64,000 bases of DNA from Candidatus Sungiibacteriota bacterium. GTDB taxonomy: Bacteria > Patescibacteriota > Minisyncoccia > Sungbacterales > HO2-52-23. Shown piece after piece: positions 45,992-56,594 of the stretch. Position 1 is the stretch's first letter, and the number at the start of each line of letters is the position of its first letter. The stretch spans positions 8,317 to 72,316 of the forward strand of contig JACOYX010000017.1 of NCBI GenBank assembly GCA_016181585.1, in the 5' to 3' direction. A program made the translations under genes and the position numbers. The notes beneath the pieces are model-generated. The model was given only the letters and a program-made list of their open reading frames with translations, made no database searches and was not told the DNA's origin.

Positions 45992-47377
45992 CTAGTTGAA
46001 TAACTCTCTCTTCACATACTCCGCAATCCTTTTTCCGCACATACCATCATAAAACTGTATCTGTTCTTTTCTCATGCGTTCCCGCCCTTCTCGATCAAGC
46101 GCGGGATTTTTTAAATAGGCATCAACGGCATAAATAAGCTCATAATTATTATACACCAATCGCACCCCTTTTGTATCTTCCAGCTCGCGATAGTGATCGT
46201 GCCTGTCCGGCACATATTTCACGCTATGAATCGGTGGAGTATTCTGATCCGCATCGTAACGAATACCAATCATCGGTTTATCAAACGCCACTGCATCAAT
46301 CGTCAACGTGGAAAACGTATTAATCATGATTTCAGAAAAATACAGAGAATTTATCATGAGCTGTAAATCAACCTCGTCAAATTCCCAGTCTTTGCGCGAC
46401 ATGGCAATTTGCGTTTGAATTGGAAAAAAATATTGGCACGGCTGTGAAAAAGAAACATGATCGCTTTTACGAATTTGCTCCACGGGAATTTCTGGCGTAG
46501 CAGGGCGATAGCGAACTAAAATATGTAAATCATTTGGCAATTTTCCGGTATCAATCGCCTCAAGCAACGCATTGAGCATAATGACCGCCGAACCTGTAAA
46601 CCGATCATAAAACGGCGCAAAAAGAATAATGCGCCGATGGGGATCGATGCCTATGGTTTTGCAAAAATCCTCACGCGAAACCGGACGCGGCCGGAAAAAT
46701 TCATCGTATCCCGGCGGTCCCGTGATAATAATGTCGTCCTCCGAAATGCCGGTGTATTTTACAGCCTGTTTTTTCATCCTTTCTGTGTATAGAATCAACT
46801 TATCCGGCAAAAGCTGTATTGCCCCTTTCGATGTTAAGTTGTCCCACGAGCGTACCATGCCGATGATCGAAATACCCAAACGCTTGCATGCCCGCAAAAA
46901 CACGCGGTCTATTCCAAACGCCACATCTGGCGCGAGCAATAAATCAGGTTTATATTTATCGACAAGCTTCAAAACTCCTTCGTCCACCGGCACAAAACGA
47001 TCAAGCCAACGCACCATTTTGCGGGGAAAGAGAAAAGGGCCAAAAACAAAATTCACTGCGCGCTGTAAAAAGAATTTTGTAAAATTGCCGTATTTTAAAT
47101 ACCGCTCGCGCTGGCGAAACCAAATAGTCCGCGTGCGAAGCAAGTTGAAAGCAAAGCTTGAGAGCGCTTCTCCAAACCAATTTTCTCCGATACCATCCAA
47201 CACTTCAAACACCACGTTCGGCGCCTGAAACCGCTTCTGATAAAACTCCAGTTTCGACGATGGAATCACCACCACGAGCCTTATTCGCGGATCGCTCACC
47301 AGCTCCCGATAAATATCCGTCGGAAAAAAATTCTTAGACACAAACCCGTTATAAATGGGAATAAGGATGGTTTTCAT
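45992..47377 (-). CDS. TagF-like putative transferase, paralogue 2 of 3
   Basis: 461 aa; MVRSWDNLTSKG...FYDGMCGKRIA. Confidence 0.45.
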   Translation of the reverse strand: MKTILIPIYNGFVSKNFFPTDIYRELVSDPRIRLVVVIPSSKLEFYQKRFQAPNVVFEVLDGIGENWFGEALSSFAFNLLRTRTIWFRQRERYLKYGNFTKFFLQRAVNFVFGPFLFPRKMVRWLDRFVPVDEGVLKLVDKYKPDLLLAPDVAFGIDRVFLRACKRLGISIIGMVRSWDNLTSKGAIQLLPDKLILYTERMKKQAVKYTGISEDDIIITGPPGYDEFFRPRPVSREDFCKTIGIDPHRRIILFAPFYDRFTGSAVIMLNALLEAIDTGKLPNDLHILVRYRPATPEIPVEQIRKSDHVSFSQPCQYFFPIQTQIAMSRKDWEFDEVDLQLMINSLYFSEIMINTFSTLTIDAVAFDKPMIGIRYDADQNTPPIHSVKYVPDRHDHYRELEDTKGVRLVYNNYELIYAVDAYLKNPALDREGRERMRKEQIQFYDGMCGKRIAEYVKRELFN

Positions 47378-47446
47378 AATTTTTTAACATCTTCTACATC
47401 CACATGGTGTGTTTGTTTGCAGTTGTATTCATCACTCCTTTCAAAA

Positions 47447-49237
47447 TCACTTCCCCTCGACATACCATTCCCCAACCACCACTCCATCAACCCACCCGCT
47501 TACCAAGTGCTCCAGCGCATCGCGCGGCGAACCCACAATCGGAAGGCCGTGGCGATTAAATGATGTATTGAGCAAAAGCCCAATGCCGGTTTTCGCTTTA
47601 AACTCTTTTAATATATCATAAAACCACGGATTCCATTCTTTGGATACCGTCTGCGGCCGCATCGTGCCATCCACATGCACAACTGCCGGAACTTCCTTTT
47701 TTGCAAAATCATTTGCGGGAACTGCAAATGTCATATAACGATATTCGCCGCCGCCCTCCCAAAAACGATGCGCCTCTTCTTCCATGAGTGAAGGCGCAAA
47801 CGGAACAAAAGGCTCTCTGCCTTTTAAAATTTTATTGATCCGGTCCTTCACGGCGTTATTTCGCGGATCGGCCAACACCGAGCGATTACCAAGAGCGCGA
47901 GGCCCCATTTCAAGCCGCCCATGAAACGTGCCGATTACTTTTCCTTGAATCAATTTCTCCGTAATGAGCATAGGTGTCGCATCTTGCACTGAAAACTCTC
48001 CAGTAGAAACAACGGCATCAATATCTTTTTTTATTTCATCATCCGAAAATTCGTGCCCCAAATATGGATTGCCAAATTTCACCCGCCCTTTCAATGCGTC
48101 CATTTGATAGAGCGCTTCCATAGCGGCGCCAGCGGCAAGACCGGAATCTCCCGAATCTGGAAACACGAAAAAATTATCCGGCTTTAATTCATCGCGAATG
48201 CGCGCATTGCCTTTTACATTCAGCATTACACCGCCCGCCGCCGCGATATTTTTAGAGGCAGTAAGGCGCGTCGCGTCACGGACATAGTCCGCCATATTTT
48301 TCTCGCAATGTTCTTGCGCATAATAGCTGAAGTCTTCCCGCGTCATCGTATCCAAATATTTTTTAAATTCATCAGCTTGGGCAATAGATATTAAAGGATT
48401 GGGAAGCGCTTTTTCCGGATACACTTTGTTGAAATCACGCAGATTCCAATGAATGTTCGAGCGCATGACTCCGTCTTCCACCCGCACGATATCGCGAAAA
48501 GGATTTTCTCCGTGAGGATCGGCAAAAGCCGCCAACCCCATAGTTTTGTATTCTCCGTCCACAGGCACAAATCCCAGCGCTTCGGTAACCGCCTGATAAA
48601 AATGCCCCAAACTATCTTTTGCGGCGGAGCTCCGCAAAAGCTCCATAGTTCCATCGGCAGAACCTTTATATATGGTTCCGCAAAGCCCGTCGCCCACGCC
48701 ATCGAGCGTAACCACACACGCCTCGGAAAACCCCGAAAGCCGAAAAGCCGAAGCCGCATGAGCGCGGTGATGGGCGATATAAAAAAAAGGCACATCGCCC
48801 CGCATAAGACCGATTTCTTTCAAATAATCTTGAAAACGAAGCCAGTGCCTTTCAGGGAAAGGATTTTCCGTTTTCTTTTTGTGGTCATTACTTTCGCCGT
48901 ATACAATACGCTTTGCCCACGCGCGCGTCGCGCTCGGCGATACAGCCGGTTCAACGCTTTCCTTCCCCGCGGCATCAATTGAAAAAGTTTTTTTATGTTC
49001 CGGATACAGCACGCGCCGCGTGGTAAACGCCACTGCAGAAATTTCCGCCGGGGAAACCCCCGCGGTTTTCAAAACCGTTTCCAACGCTTGACGCGGAAAT
49101 CCGCAATGATGTTTTATCCGCGAAATTCTTTCCTCCGCAACCGCCGCCACAACCCCATCCGAAGAACACAAGGCCACTGAAGCATCATGCTTAACGTGAA
49201 TTCCAAGAACCATCGGCGCTTTTTTTGGTAATACCAT
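47447..49237 (-). CDS. Carbamoyltransferase (NodU/CmcH family)
   Basis: 596 aa; N-terminal Kae1/YgjD-like fold (LGIHVKHDASVAL) plus C-terminal carbamoyltransferase domain. Confidence 0.8.
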   Translation of the reverse strand: MVLPKKAPMVLGIHVKHDASVALCSSDGVVAAVAEERISRIKHHCGFPRQALETVLKTAGVSPAEISAVAFTTRRVLYPEHKKTFSIDAAGKESVEPAVSPSATRAWAKRIVYGESNDHKKKTENPFPERHWLRFQDYLKEIGLMRGDVPFFYIAHHRAHAASAFRLSGFSEACVVTLDGVGDGLCGTIYKGSADGTMELLRSSAAKDSLGHFYQAVTEALGFVPVDGEYKTMGLAAFADPHGENPFRDIVRVEDGVMRSNIHWNLRDFNKVYPEKALPNPLISIAQADEFKKYLDTMTREDFSYYAQEHCEKNMADYVRDATRLTASKNIAAAGGVMLNVKGNARIRDELKPDNFFVFPDSGDSGLAAGAAMEALYQMDALKGRVKFGNPYLGHEFSDDEIKKDIDAVVSTGEFSVQDATPMLITEKLIQGKVIGTFHGRLEMGPRALGNRSVLADPRNNAVKDRINKILKGREPFVPFAPSLMEEEAHRFWEGGGEYRYMTFAVPANDFAKKEVPAVVHVDGTMRPQTVSKEWNPWFYDILKEFKAKTGIGLLLNTSFNRHGLPIVGSPRDALEHLVSGWVDGVVVGEWYVEGK

Positions 49238-49246
49238 AATAGTACT

Positions 49247-49894
49247 TTAACTGTTTACGAGATGGTCTGTATACCCCATGCTTACTAATTTATCATATGC
49301 GTCCCACACATCTGAAGGAATATCTTGTACAATTTGAAAACCTTTTTTGGGATATATTTTTATTCTTTGCAAATCCCCAACCATGATATTAATTATCAAG
49401 TCGATTGGAAGTTTCTCTGTGGGGTACTGTTCAAATGAAATTTGCGGCGAGGTGACAACAAAATTTTTCTCCGGCCATACTTTTTTAAAAGTAGCATACG
49501 CCCGCCGCTCCATATATGGTTTTTGTACCAAAATTATTTTTTGCGGGTCGAGACCGTGCGACACAAGCAATTCTTTAACAAATTGAATATTCTCTCCCGT
49601 ATTTGTAGATTTATTTTCGACTAAAATTTTATCTTCAGGTACACCCATTTCTAAAGCGCGTTTCTTAAACATATCCGCTTCCGCGTCTTTCCACTCTTCC
49701 GGCGTTAGCCAGCCTCTTCCTCCGGAGAAAATAATAAATAGCGCCCAGTTTTTCAAAAAAAGTTCTGCGGCTCGCTCCGCAACCCTAACATCATTGCTCC
49801 CCAACGCCAAAATGCAATCCGCTTGTTCAAGCGGCTGATGCATGTGGTGATAATTCCAGATTTTCTCGGCCAGTTTATAAACTTCGTTGTCCAC
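49247..49894 (-). CDS. DUF218/YdcF-SanA-ElyC-like protein
   Basis: 215 aa; ILALGSNDVRVAERAAELF... DUF218 core. Confidence 0.6.
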   Translation of the reverse strand: MDNEVYKLAEKIWNYHHMHQPLEQADCILALGSNDVRVAERAAELFLKNWALFIIFSGGRGWLTPEEWKDAEADMFKKRALEMGVPEDKILVENKSTNTGENIQFVKELLVSHGLDPQKIILVQKPYMERRAYATFKKVWPEKNFVVTSPQISFEQYPTEKLPIDLIINIMVGDLQRIKIYPKKGFQIVQDIPSDVWDAYDKLVSMGYTDHLVNS

Positions 49895-50116
49895 GATAAC
49901 AGTGTTACAAAGGCGACATTGAAAAAACTATGAGACCATTACTAAACTCTTTTTTCTCAGCGAGATCGCAGTTCGCGCGGGAAACTTGAATAATGAGGAA
50001 AGACTATTAGGATAATAATCTGATGAAGGCGGATGTTTTGGGGCCGACGCTTTGCCGTGCTGTCGAGTGCGAAATTATGCCGGTCATAAGCAGAAAAAGG
50101 AGTTTTGTAATGGTCT

Positions 50117-51097
50117 CTATATCCACTTCTGATTATCAAGAGTCCATTGTATCGTGTGCTTGAGCGATTCTTCAAAGGTCATCGGCATATGCCAGCCAAG
50201 CGTTGCAAGTTTTGATCCGTCCAAAGCATACCGAAGATCATGCCCCGGGCGCGACGAATGAAAATCAACCAATTCATATTCCAAAGGCTTCCCCACAACC
50301 CGCGCAATGGACTGCGCCATCGAAAGATTGTCCACTTCCCGTTCACCCGCGATGTTGTATTTCTCGCGCTGTTTTGCATGGGCAAGTAAAAACAAAAGCG
50401 CTGAAGAAACATTTTGCGCATGAATCCATGATCTCCTCCCTGCCTGTGTTTTTGTTGGATCGGCATGAATCGTTACTTTCTCTCTCGCTAGCAAACTTTT
50501 GATAACTTTGGGGATAAATTTTTCTCGATATTGGCGATCGCCAAAAATATTCATGGTGTGCGTAATGAAAAGCGGAAGTTTATAGGTATTTGCATAGGAC
50601 AACGCAAGCTCTTCACCCCCCGCTTTCGTTGCGGAATACGGATTCGCTGAATTATAGCGATCCCACTCTTTATAGGAAACGCCTTCCTCTGCCGGCCCAA
50701 ATATCTCGTCCGTGCTGAAATAGACAAACCAAGTAAGATGAGGAAGAGACCGCGCAAAATTTAGCATATGCATGGTTCCAACCACATTGGACATAACAAA
50801 CGGCTCCGGGTTTTCAATACTGCGATCAACATGCGTTTCCGCTCCCATGTGGACAATATAATCCACCTCGCCGACTTCATGGCGCACGCCCTCGCTCAGC
50901 GATTGAGAAAAATCGCATCCCAAAACCAAAACACGTTTGTTGTCGAGCGCCGCAATATCGCGAAGCCGATCCAGCCCGTGCGACGCATAGGTCAATTTAT
51001 CGATAATCACCACGTCCCAATCGGTATTTTTCAGGACATAATCCACAAAGTGATGCCCCATAAACCCACATCCGCCGGTGATAAGAATTCTTTTCAT
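50117..51097 (-). CDS. rmlB: dTDP-glucose 4,6-dehydratase
   Basis: ILITGGCGFMGHHF; YSATKAGGE catalytic YxxxK; 326 aa. Confidence 0.85.
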   Translation of the reverse strand: MKRILITGGCGFMGHHFVDYVLKNTDWDVVIIDKLTYASHGLDRLRDIAALDNKRVLVLGCDFSQSLSEGVRHEVGEVDYIVHMGAETHVDRSIENPEPFVMSNVVGTMHMLNFARSLPHLTWFVYFSTDEIFGPAEEGVSYKEWDRYNSANPYSATKAGGEELALSYANTYKLPLFITHTMNIFGDRQYREKFIPKVIKSLLAREKVTIHADPTKTQAGRRSWIHAQNVSSALLFLLAHAKQREKYNIAGEREVDNLSMAQSIARVVGKPLEYELVDFHSSRPGHDLRYALDGSKLATLGWHMPMTFEESLKHTIQWTLDNQKWI

Positions 51098-51263
51098 AAC
51101 TTTTTATTTTTAATTATGAGGCATGACCTCATAAATGAGAAAACTCCATAATAAACATATAACAAGCGAAAAGAGCTTTACGTTTCGACCATGCTGTCTT
51201 TAAGAAACTGTCTGAAAAGTACTCTTTCGGTAAAAACAAACCGTCTTTTCGATAAAAATCATT

Positions 51264-51426
51264 AGACCTACTGCGTAAAGATTTTCGTAACGAAATTTCT
51301 TAATTTAGAGACAAAATCGTTGAATAAATTTCGAGGCCTATCGGGCTTAGATAAGTCAAGAAATTTTGAAGCGATTTTGGCCTAAATTAAGAAATTGCAG
51401 TAGAAGTATCTTTACGCAGTAGGTCT
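51264..51426. repeat. Palindromic repeat family A, copy 3 (first 95 nt identical to copy 1 at 6343)
   Basis: agacctactgcgtaaagattttcgtaacgaaatttcttaatttagagacaaaatcgttgaataaatttcgaggcctatcgg...ctttacgcagtaggtct. Confidence 0.75.
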
Positions 51427-51454
51427 ATTGATTTTAACTTCGAAAGGTACTTTT

Positions 51455-52837
51455 TCAACAGTTTCTAAGCATATTCTCAACTTCCCTTGCGGCCGCTTCC
51501 CCCGCAGGAGTTTCCACGCCGCGTGGCCGGATATAGCGCTTGATGAACTGCTGTCGCTTTTCGCGATGCTCATCCTTACCTTCGAGAATAGCGTGTACCG
51601 CCGCAGGAAATTTCTCGGTGTTGCGCACAAGCTTAAGTACGTCCGCCTCTAGCAATTGCCGGAAGTGCTTCGTTTGCTCCTGCGTCTTGCCATACTCGCC
51701 CGTCAAGATTCCTATGGCGGGTTTTCCCATAACCATGGCGTCAATAATGCCCGTAGTATTGGCGCCCACCACCGCCGCCGAAGAAAAATATAAAGTATCA
51801 AAAAATAACTGCAATGCCTGCGTGGTGTCCGGCAAATCCCCGTCTTTCGGCACAATGACGACATTCCTTCTCTTTATTTTTTCATATATTTTCGCATTGG
51901 CAGGGTGTGGCCGTACGATCATTTGCGTACGCTGAAGCAGTTCGTCAGAACAATTGTCCAGCGCATCGCGTAATTTCTCGACAAGCCATGTTTCATCCTC
52001 CGCCATATTGCTTGAGGAGCCGAGATATACAATGATTGCATCTTCCGGCCGCAATCCGTGCCGTTGGCAAAATTCCTCGCGAGAAATAGATGGCTCCATA
52101 CCGGAAAACCACTCATCAAACATGGGTGCACCGATAATCCGTATCCGCTCCCGCGGAAAGTCTTGATGCTCAACCGCCTCTTCTTTCTGCACATCGTTCC
52201 AGACAAAAAGCATATCAGGAAATACATGAATCAAACCTTTGGTTGTAAGGTTATCCCATGAAGCCACAGGCACCGCCGAAGGAATGCCCAGAGCCTTCGC
52301 GGCTTTCAAGTATTCCAATTCGGAGGATGCAAAACGCAAATCCACAGGAGAAGCAAGAAAAAAATCCGGCGCAAAACGCCTCACTGCGGCAATAATATTT
52401 TTATCGGAAGGAGCGATACGCTCCGCCATTTTAAGCATTGCTCCAAAAAAGGCGGTCTTCAAAAAATTCCCCGCATAAGGAATACGCAGGAATGCGCGGA
52501 AAAAATTCGGCAAATACGCTTCGTAGCGATCTTTGTAATAATCGGATTGTCGTCCCTGACGCACCCGCAAATAGCGCCGGTAACTTAAAATTTCCCTCGT
52601 ATAAAAAAGCAGAGTGCTCCACCGATCAGTTCTCCTCAAAGAAAATTCATAGGAAAACTGCGGAAACTTTTTTTTGTATTCGCGCACTGCACCAAGCCCG
52701 CCTTCATGCTTGCTCCAGCGCGGATCAAAAAGCGCATGCACAGTATGCCCGCGACCGCAAAGCGCGGCAACAATGCTTTTTACATGATGAAAATTATTGG
52801 TTGAGCGGACGGCAAATAAAATTTTTAAACTGCTCAT
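51455..52837 (-). CDS. TagF-like putative transferase, paralogue 3 of 3
   Basis: 460 aa; VASWDNLTTKG. Confidence 0.45.
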   Translation of the reverse strand: MSSLKILFAVRSTNNFHHVKSIVAALCGRGHTVHALFDPRWSKHEGGLGAVREYKKKFPQFSYEFSLRRTDRWSTLLFYTREILSYRRYLRVRQGRQSDYYKDRYEAYLPNFFRAFLRIPYAGNFLKTAFFGAMLKMAERIAPSDKNIIAAVRRFAPDFFLASPVDLRFASSELEYLKAAKALGIPSAVPVASWDNLTTKGLIHVFPDMLFVWNDVQKEEAVEHQDFPRERIRIIGAPMFDEWFSGMEPSISREEFCQRHGLRPEDAIIVYLGSSSNMAEDETWLVEKLRDALDNCSDELLQRTQMIVRPHPANAKIYEKIKRRNVVIVPKDGDLPDTTQALQLFFDTLYFSSAAVVGANTTGIIDAMVMGKPAIGILTGEYGKTQEQTKHFRQLLEADVLKLVRNTEKFPAAVHAILEGKDEHREKRQQFIKRYIRPRGVETPAGEAAAREVENMLRNC

Positions 52838-53751
52838 AAGGGAATATGATATTTTCGCTTAGCGCGGAATAAAAATTCATATATCCGCGGAAAAAATTCA
52901 TGCAAGACAAACCCGCGATTATTCCATAAAAACAAAGGAATTTCCGTGGGCAGAATTGTTATCTTTTGCAAAAAAGAAGCGTTCGGAGAAGTGACAAGGC
53001 GACCGATCATGGCAGTAATCGTGCGTGAACGGCGATACCGGCTCCTCATTGCCTTGCCGAAGGCATCTTTTTGAAACCGCTCCAAAATCTTTTTTCTCTT
53101 CACCGTCTTATGCCACAATACATCGGGGGTTCCGTATATTCTTGCCGCAAGCGCCGCTTCCGACATAAATACCCTATCAGGAGCCACGCATTTTGGAAAC
53201 GGCCGGGAAAAAAGCCGCGCCAAAAATTTTCTCTCAAAAAGCCCGTAAAGTATATAATGAAACGGCGTATCCCAGCGCATCATATTGCGCAACATGGCGC
53301 GCTCATTCCATGCAGTAATGTCATAATCGCCCGCAAAAACGACAGTTCCAGCAATAGTCCCCTCCATATCTATGCGTTCAAACGAACTCATGGCAATGCG
53401 ATAGACCGGATGCTCCTCCAAAGCAAGCACCAGTGTTTCAATAAACTTCTGCTCCCACCAGTCATCATCCGCCGCCCACATAAAATATTCGCCTCGCGCC
53501 TCAAACACCACACTGCGGAAATTCGCTCCCGCACCTCCCTGCTTTTCGCGGCGCACAACACGCACACGCGGATCTTTTTTGGCATATTCTGCGGCTATAG
53601 CAGGAGTCTCATCGCTTGAAGCATCATCGGCAATGATCAATTCAAAATTAAGGTATGTTTGCGCAAGAAGCGAATCAAGCGCTCGCTTCATATAGCGGGC
53701 ACCATTGTAAACCGGCAGTCCTATGCTTACCAATTTTTGCGTATTTTCCAT
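52834..53751 (-). CDS. GT2 glycosyltransferase
   Basis: SIGLPVYNGARYM, DDASSDET and DDD motifs. Confidence 0.75.
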   Translation of the reverse strand: MENTQKLVSIGLPVYNGARYMKRALDSLLAQTYLNFELIIADDASSDETPAIAAEYAKKDPRVRVVRREKQGGAGANFRSVVFEARGEYFMWAADDDWWEQKFIETLVLALEEHPVYRIAMSSFERIDMEGTIAGTVVFAGDYDITAWNERAMLRNMMRWDTPFHYILYGLFERKFLARLFSRPFPKCVAPDRVFMSEAALAARIYGTPDVLWHKTVKRKKILERFQKDAFGKAMRSRYRRSRTITAMIGRLVTSPNASFLQKITILPTEIPLFLWNNRGFVLHEFFPRIYEFLFRAKRKYHIPL

Positions 53752-53764
53752 TTTATAATTTTAC

Positions 53765-54298
53765 CTAGTTGAGCTTTAACAACGGCCACATTTGATCCTT
53801 CTGGGATACAAAAATATTATTATCCGGCCATTCGATCCCGATCGAGGGATCATCCCACCGTACTCCCCGTTCAAGTTCTTTAGAATAAGATTCGGAAGCC
53901 AAATACTCCACCATCGTATCACCTGCAAGCACTTGAAACCCATGTGCACACCCGCGAGGAATGTAAAGCATGGAGTGATTTTCGGGACTCAATTCAGCGC
54001 CAAACCATTTTCCGAAACTTGGAGAATCCGGCCGCAAGTCTGCGACCACATCAAAAACTCTTCCTCTCGTGCACCATATGAGCTTTTGCTCCTCCTTAGG
54101 CGCCAGCTGAAAATGCAAACCGCGGATAATTCCTTTCTTTTTATTGAGCATCTGGCTCGCCCGCACCGAAACAAAATCAATGCCTTGCTGTAAAAATTCT
54201 TCACGGGAAAAAATATATGCAAAATATCCACGTTCATCCTCGCGCGGATCCTGCGTAATATAATATGCGCCCTCACATGCGGTTTTTTGAAAAATCAT
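53765..54298 (-). CDS. rmlC: dTDP-4-dehydrorhamnose 3,5-epimerase
   Basis: RmlC cupin with GLHFQ and catalytic His/Tyr context; 177 aa. Confidence 0.8.
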   Translation of the reverse strand: MIFQKTACEGAYYITQDPREDERGYFAYIFSREEFLQQGIDFVSVRASQMLNKKKGIIRGLHFQLAPKEEQKLIWCTRGRVFDVVADLRPDSPSFGKWFGAELSPENHSMLYIPRGCAHGFQVLAGDTMVEYLASESYSKELERGVRWDDPSIGIEWPDNNIFVSQKDQMWPLLKLN

Positions 54299-54392
54299 GT
54301 CTAAAAAAGTTCAAAATGAAAATTTTTGGTATTCTTTTCACTCATAAAATTTATACAATACGTCCCGATTTATCGGGACACAACAATTTTTC

Positions 54393-54472
54393 ATTTTGCC
54401 TAGCCTATTCGCATTAGACCGTCTGCGGCAGTCAGACCAGGTCACAGACGGCTTAAGGATATTTACATTTTA
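54393..54472. repeat. Intergenic repeat family H, copy 2, preceded by module B
   Basis: attttgcctagcct...gaccgtctg...cagacggcttaaggatatttacatttta; abuts the stop of 54473-55444. Confidence 0.6.
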
Positions 54473-55444
54473 TTAGCTAAATCCTCCATCCCAAATATAT
54501 TCTTTTTCTTTTACTTTGAATGAAGAAGTTTTTTCTACGCCCTTTTTCATCCTCAAAAGCACTCCCGCGCACTTCCAATAGAGCTTAGCCGGCCAATACA
54601 AAAAAGGATGTTCCTTGAGAAATTTATTTATGCGGAATTTATAATACCACATGCGCGGAACGGAACGCTTCATCACCGTATAAATAAGATTCCGGCTCTT
54701 TTTATGCCACCGCTCATACGCTTCAGGAGACATCGGAGACTGAATATGGTGATACATCTTCACTCTGCAAAACTTTACATTGGCGCCGTTTTTAATAAAT
54801 GCCAGCACATACTCCATATCACCCTCCCATGTTGACATAAGCCCGCCCAACGCATGTGATTTGCGCCGCACAAAATGTCCAAAAGAAGACGCCGCGCGAT
54901 AGCGAAAAACATCAGTAATATCTTTTCCATAATTTACCCCTGGAGGAAGATAAGAAGTAACAATCTTTCCCGCCTTAGCAGTGTTCTCCCCTGAAAGATA
55001 TGCGGCAGTATCTGTGCCATATATTTCTTTTGTTCCGCCGCATACCAGCATATCCACCTCCGGATGCTGTTCCATTACCTCCGCCGCCTTTTCCATCGCG
55101 TCGCGATAATAGATATCGTCGTCCAAAAGCAGTTTGATATATTTCCCGCTCGAGAGCAGGATTCCTTTATTGCACGCCTCGTTCGCACAACGGTCTTTCT
55201 CGGAAATGAAAATATCCACAATATCCGCGTATTTTTGCACCACTTTTTTTGTGCCGTCTTCCGACGCGCCGTCAACGACAATCAATTCATCTTGCGGCCC
55301 CACAAGTTCCCTTGCACGCGTTAAAAAATCATCCAGAATGGCGGCGCGGTTTTTGGTAATTACGATATATGAAATCCTTTTGGTAGAATGCGCATCAAAG
55401 GAAGTGTTTGGAAATATTTTTTTTTGTGTATTAATTTCTGACAT
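54473..55444 (-). CDS. GT2 glycosyltransferase; paralogue of 58997-59875
   Basis: SYIVITKNRA; VVDGASEDGT; DDD. Confidence 0.7.
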   Translation of the reverse strand: MSEINTQKKIFPNTSFDAHSTKRISYIVITKNRAAILDDFLTRARELVGPQDELIVVDGASEDGTKKVVQKYADIVDIFISEKDRCANEACNKGILLSSGKYIKLLLDDDIYYRDAMEKAAEVMEQHPEVDMLVCGGTKEIYGTDTAAYLSGENTAKAGKIVTSYLPPGVNYGKDITDVFRYRAASSFGHFVRRKSHALGGLMSTWEGDMEYVLAFIKNGANVKFCRVKMYHHIQSPMSPEAYERWHKKSRNLIYTVMKRSVPRMWYYKFRINKFLKEHPFLYWPAKLYWKCAGVLLRMKKGVEKTSSFKVKEKEYIWDGGFS

Positions 55445-55477
55445 TGCAAAATTTAAAAATCAAAATTAAAAATGATG

Positions 55478-55560
55478 CTTCGGGCGTCATCCCGGCGGAA
55501 GCTGGGATCCAAGTTCTCTGGATCCCGCATCTAGTGCGGGATGACACCGCTGTGTCATTT
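55478..55560. repeat. Nested hairpin element (gtcatcccg...cgggatgac enclosing gggatcca-agttctc-tggatccc), followed by module B
   Basis: 9-bp outer stem, 8-bp inner perfect stem, additional gcttc...gaagc pairing. Confidence 0.5.
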
Positions 55561-55571
55561 TTCATTTTGTA

Positions 55572-56573
55572 TTAGATTTCATGCATATCTTCTTCCATTT
55601 GAAAAATAACCTTGCTCCCTTCCTGTTCAAACTTAAACGGCACATGAGGCAATGCGACTACCGCTTTTATTTTCTCATGCATTTCCGGCAATGCGAAAAT
55701 AAGCATGAATCCTCCGCCTCCCGCTCCCAAAAGTTTCCCTCCCAAGGCGCCCTCACTGCGCGCGCGGGCGTAGATGTCATCGATAAACGAATTGGTGATT
55801 TTTGTGCTCAGAGTGCGCTTTAATTGCCACGATTCGTGAAGCAGGGCGCCAAAATCGGCAAATCGCGCGGGACTCGTGGTCAATATTTTTTCCGCCTCAT
55901 CCACCATCTCGAGCATTCTCCACAATTCTGCGCTTTTGTCGTGCGTATTTTTAATCTGCTCAATCGCTATATCCGAAGCGTTGCGCGCTTGCCCCGTATT
56001 AAACAAAATCAAATGCGCTTCGAGTGCGCGTATAGCGGAGGTTTCAAGAGGAAGCGGCGTAACATGAATTTTTTTATCTCCCCCGAATTCAATTTTGTTA
56101 ATCCCTCCAAATGCCGTTGCGGTCTGATCCTGCGAGCCGACATTTTCTTTGATGCAGTTTTGCTCCACATGAATAGCGTCAGTAGCAAGCTGGTATTTTG
56201 TAACCTCCCTTTTCTGCAGTGCATAGAGCGCATGCAAAAAACCAACCGTAAACGCGGAGCTCGAGCCAAGCCCTGAACGCCCCGGCACGTCGGTATTGTG
56301 CTGAAGTTCGATCCCTTTGCCAAGGTTTACATACGATAAACACTCCCGCGCCGAAGGATGCCTGATTTCGTGAATATGCTGAGTTTCCTCCTGCTCACGA
56401 TAGCGGATGCGATAGTTGAAATTGAAAAATGGTGGCAGATACCTGCACGTTACATAGCAATACTTATTTATGGAAGCGGAAAGCACCGCCCCTCCATTTT
56501 TTTCGTACCAAACAGGATAATCCGTTCCGCCTCCGAAAAAAGAAATACGGAACGGCGTTCGTGTGATAATCAT
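55572..56573 (-). CDS. GHMP-family sugar kinase (HddA/fucokinase-like)
   Basis: PGRSGLGSSSAFTVGFL GHMP motif; 333 aa. Confidence 0.7.
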   Translation of the reverse strand: MIITRTPFRISFFGGGTDYPVWYEKNGGAVLSASINKYCYVTCRYLPPFFNFNYRIRYREQEETQHIHEIRHPSARECLSYVNLGKGIELQHNTDVPGRSGLGSSSAFTVGFLHALYALQKREVTKYQLATDAIHVEQNCIKENVGSQDQTATAFGGINKIEFGGDKKIHVTPLPLETSAIRALEAHLILFNTGQARNASDIAIEQIKNTHDKSAELWRMLEMVDEAEKILTTSPARFADFGALLHESWQLKRTLSTKITNSFIDDIYARARSEGALGGKLLGAGGGGFMLIFALPEMHEKIKAVVALPHVPFKFEQEGSKVIFQMEEDMHEI

Positions 56574-56594
56574 ATTTTCGACACCAGTTGATTC

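Noticed and set aside
50110-50163. 17-aa ORF with AAAGGAG RBS overlapping the rmlB 3' end
   Set aside because: It is too short, overlaps the rmlB C-terminus antisense, and has no support beyond the RBS-like string.
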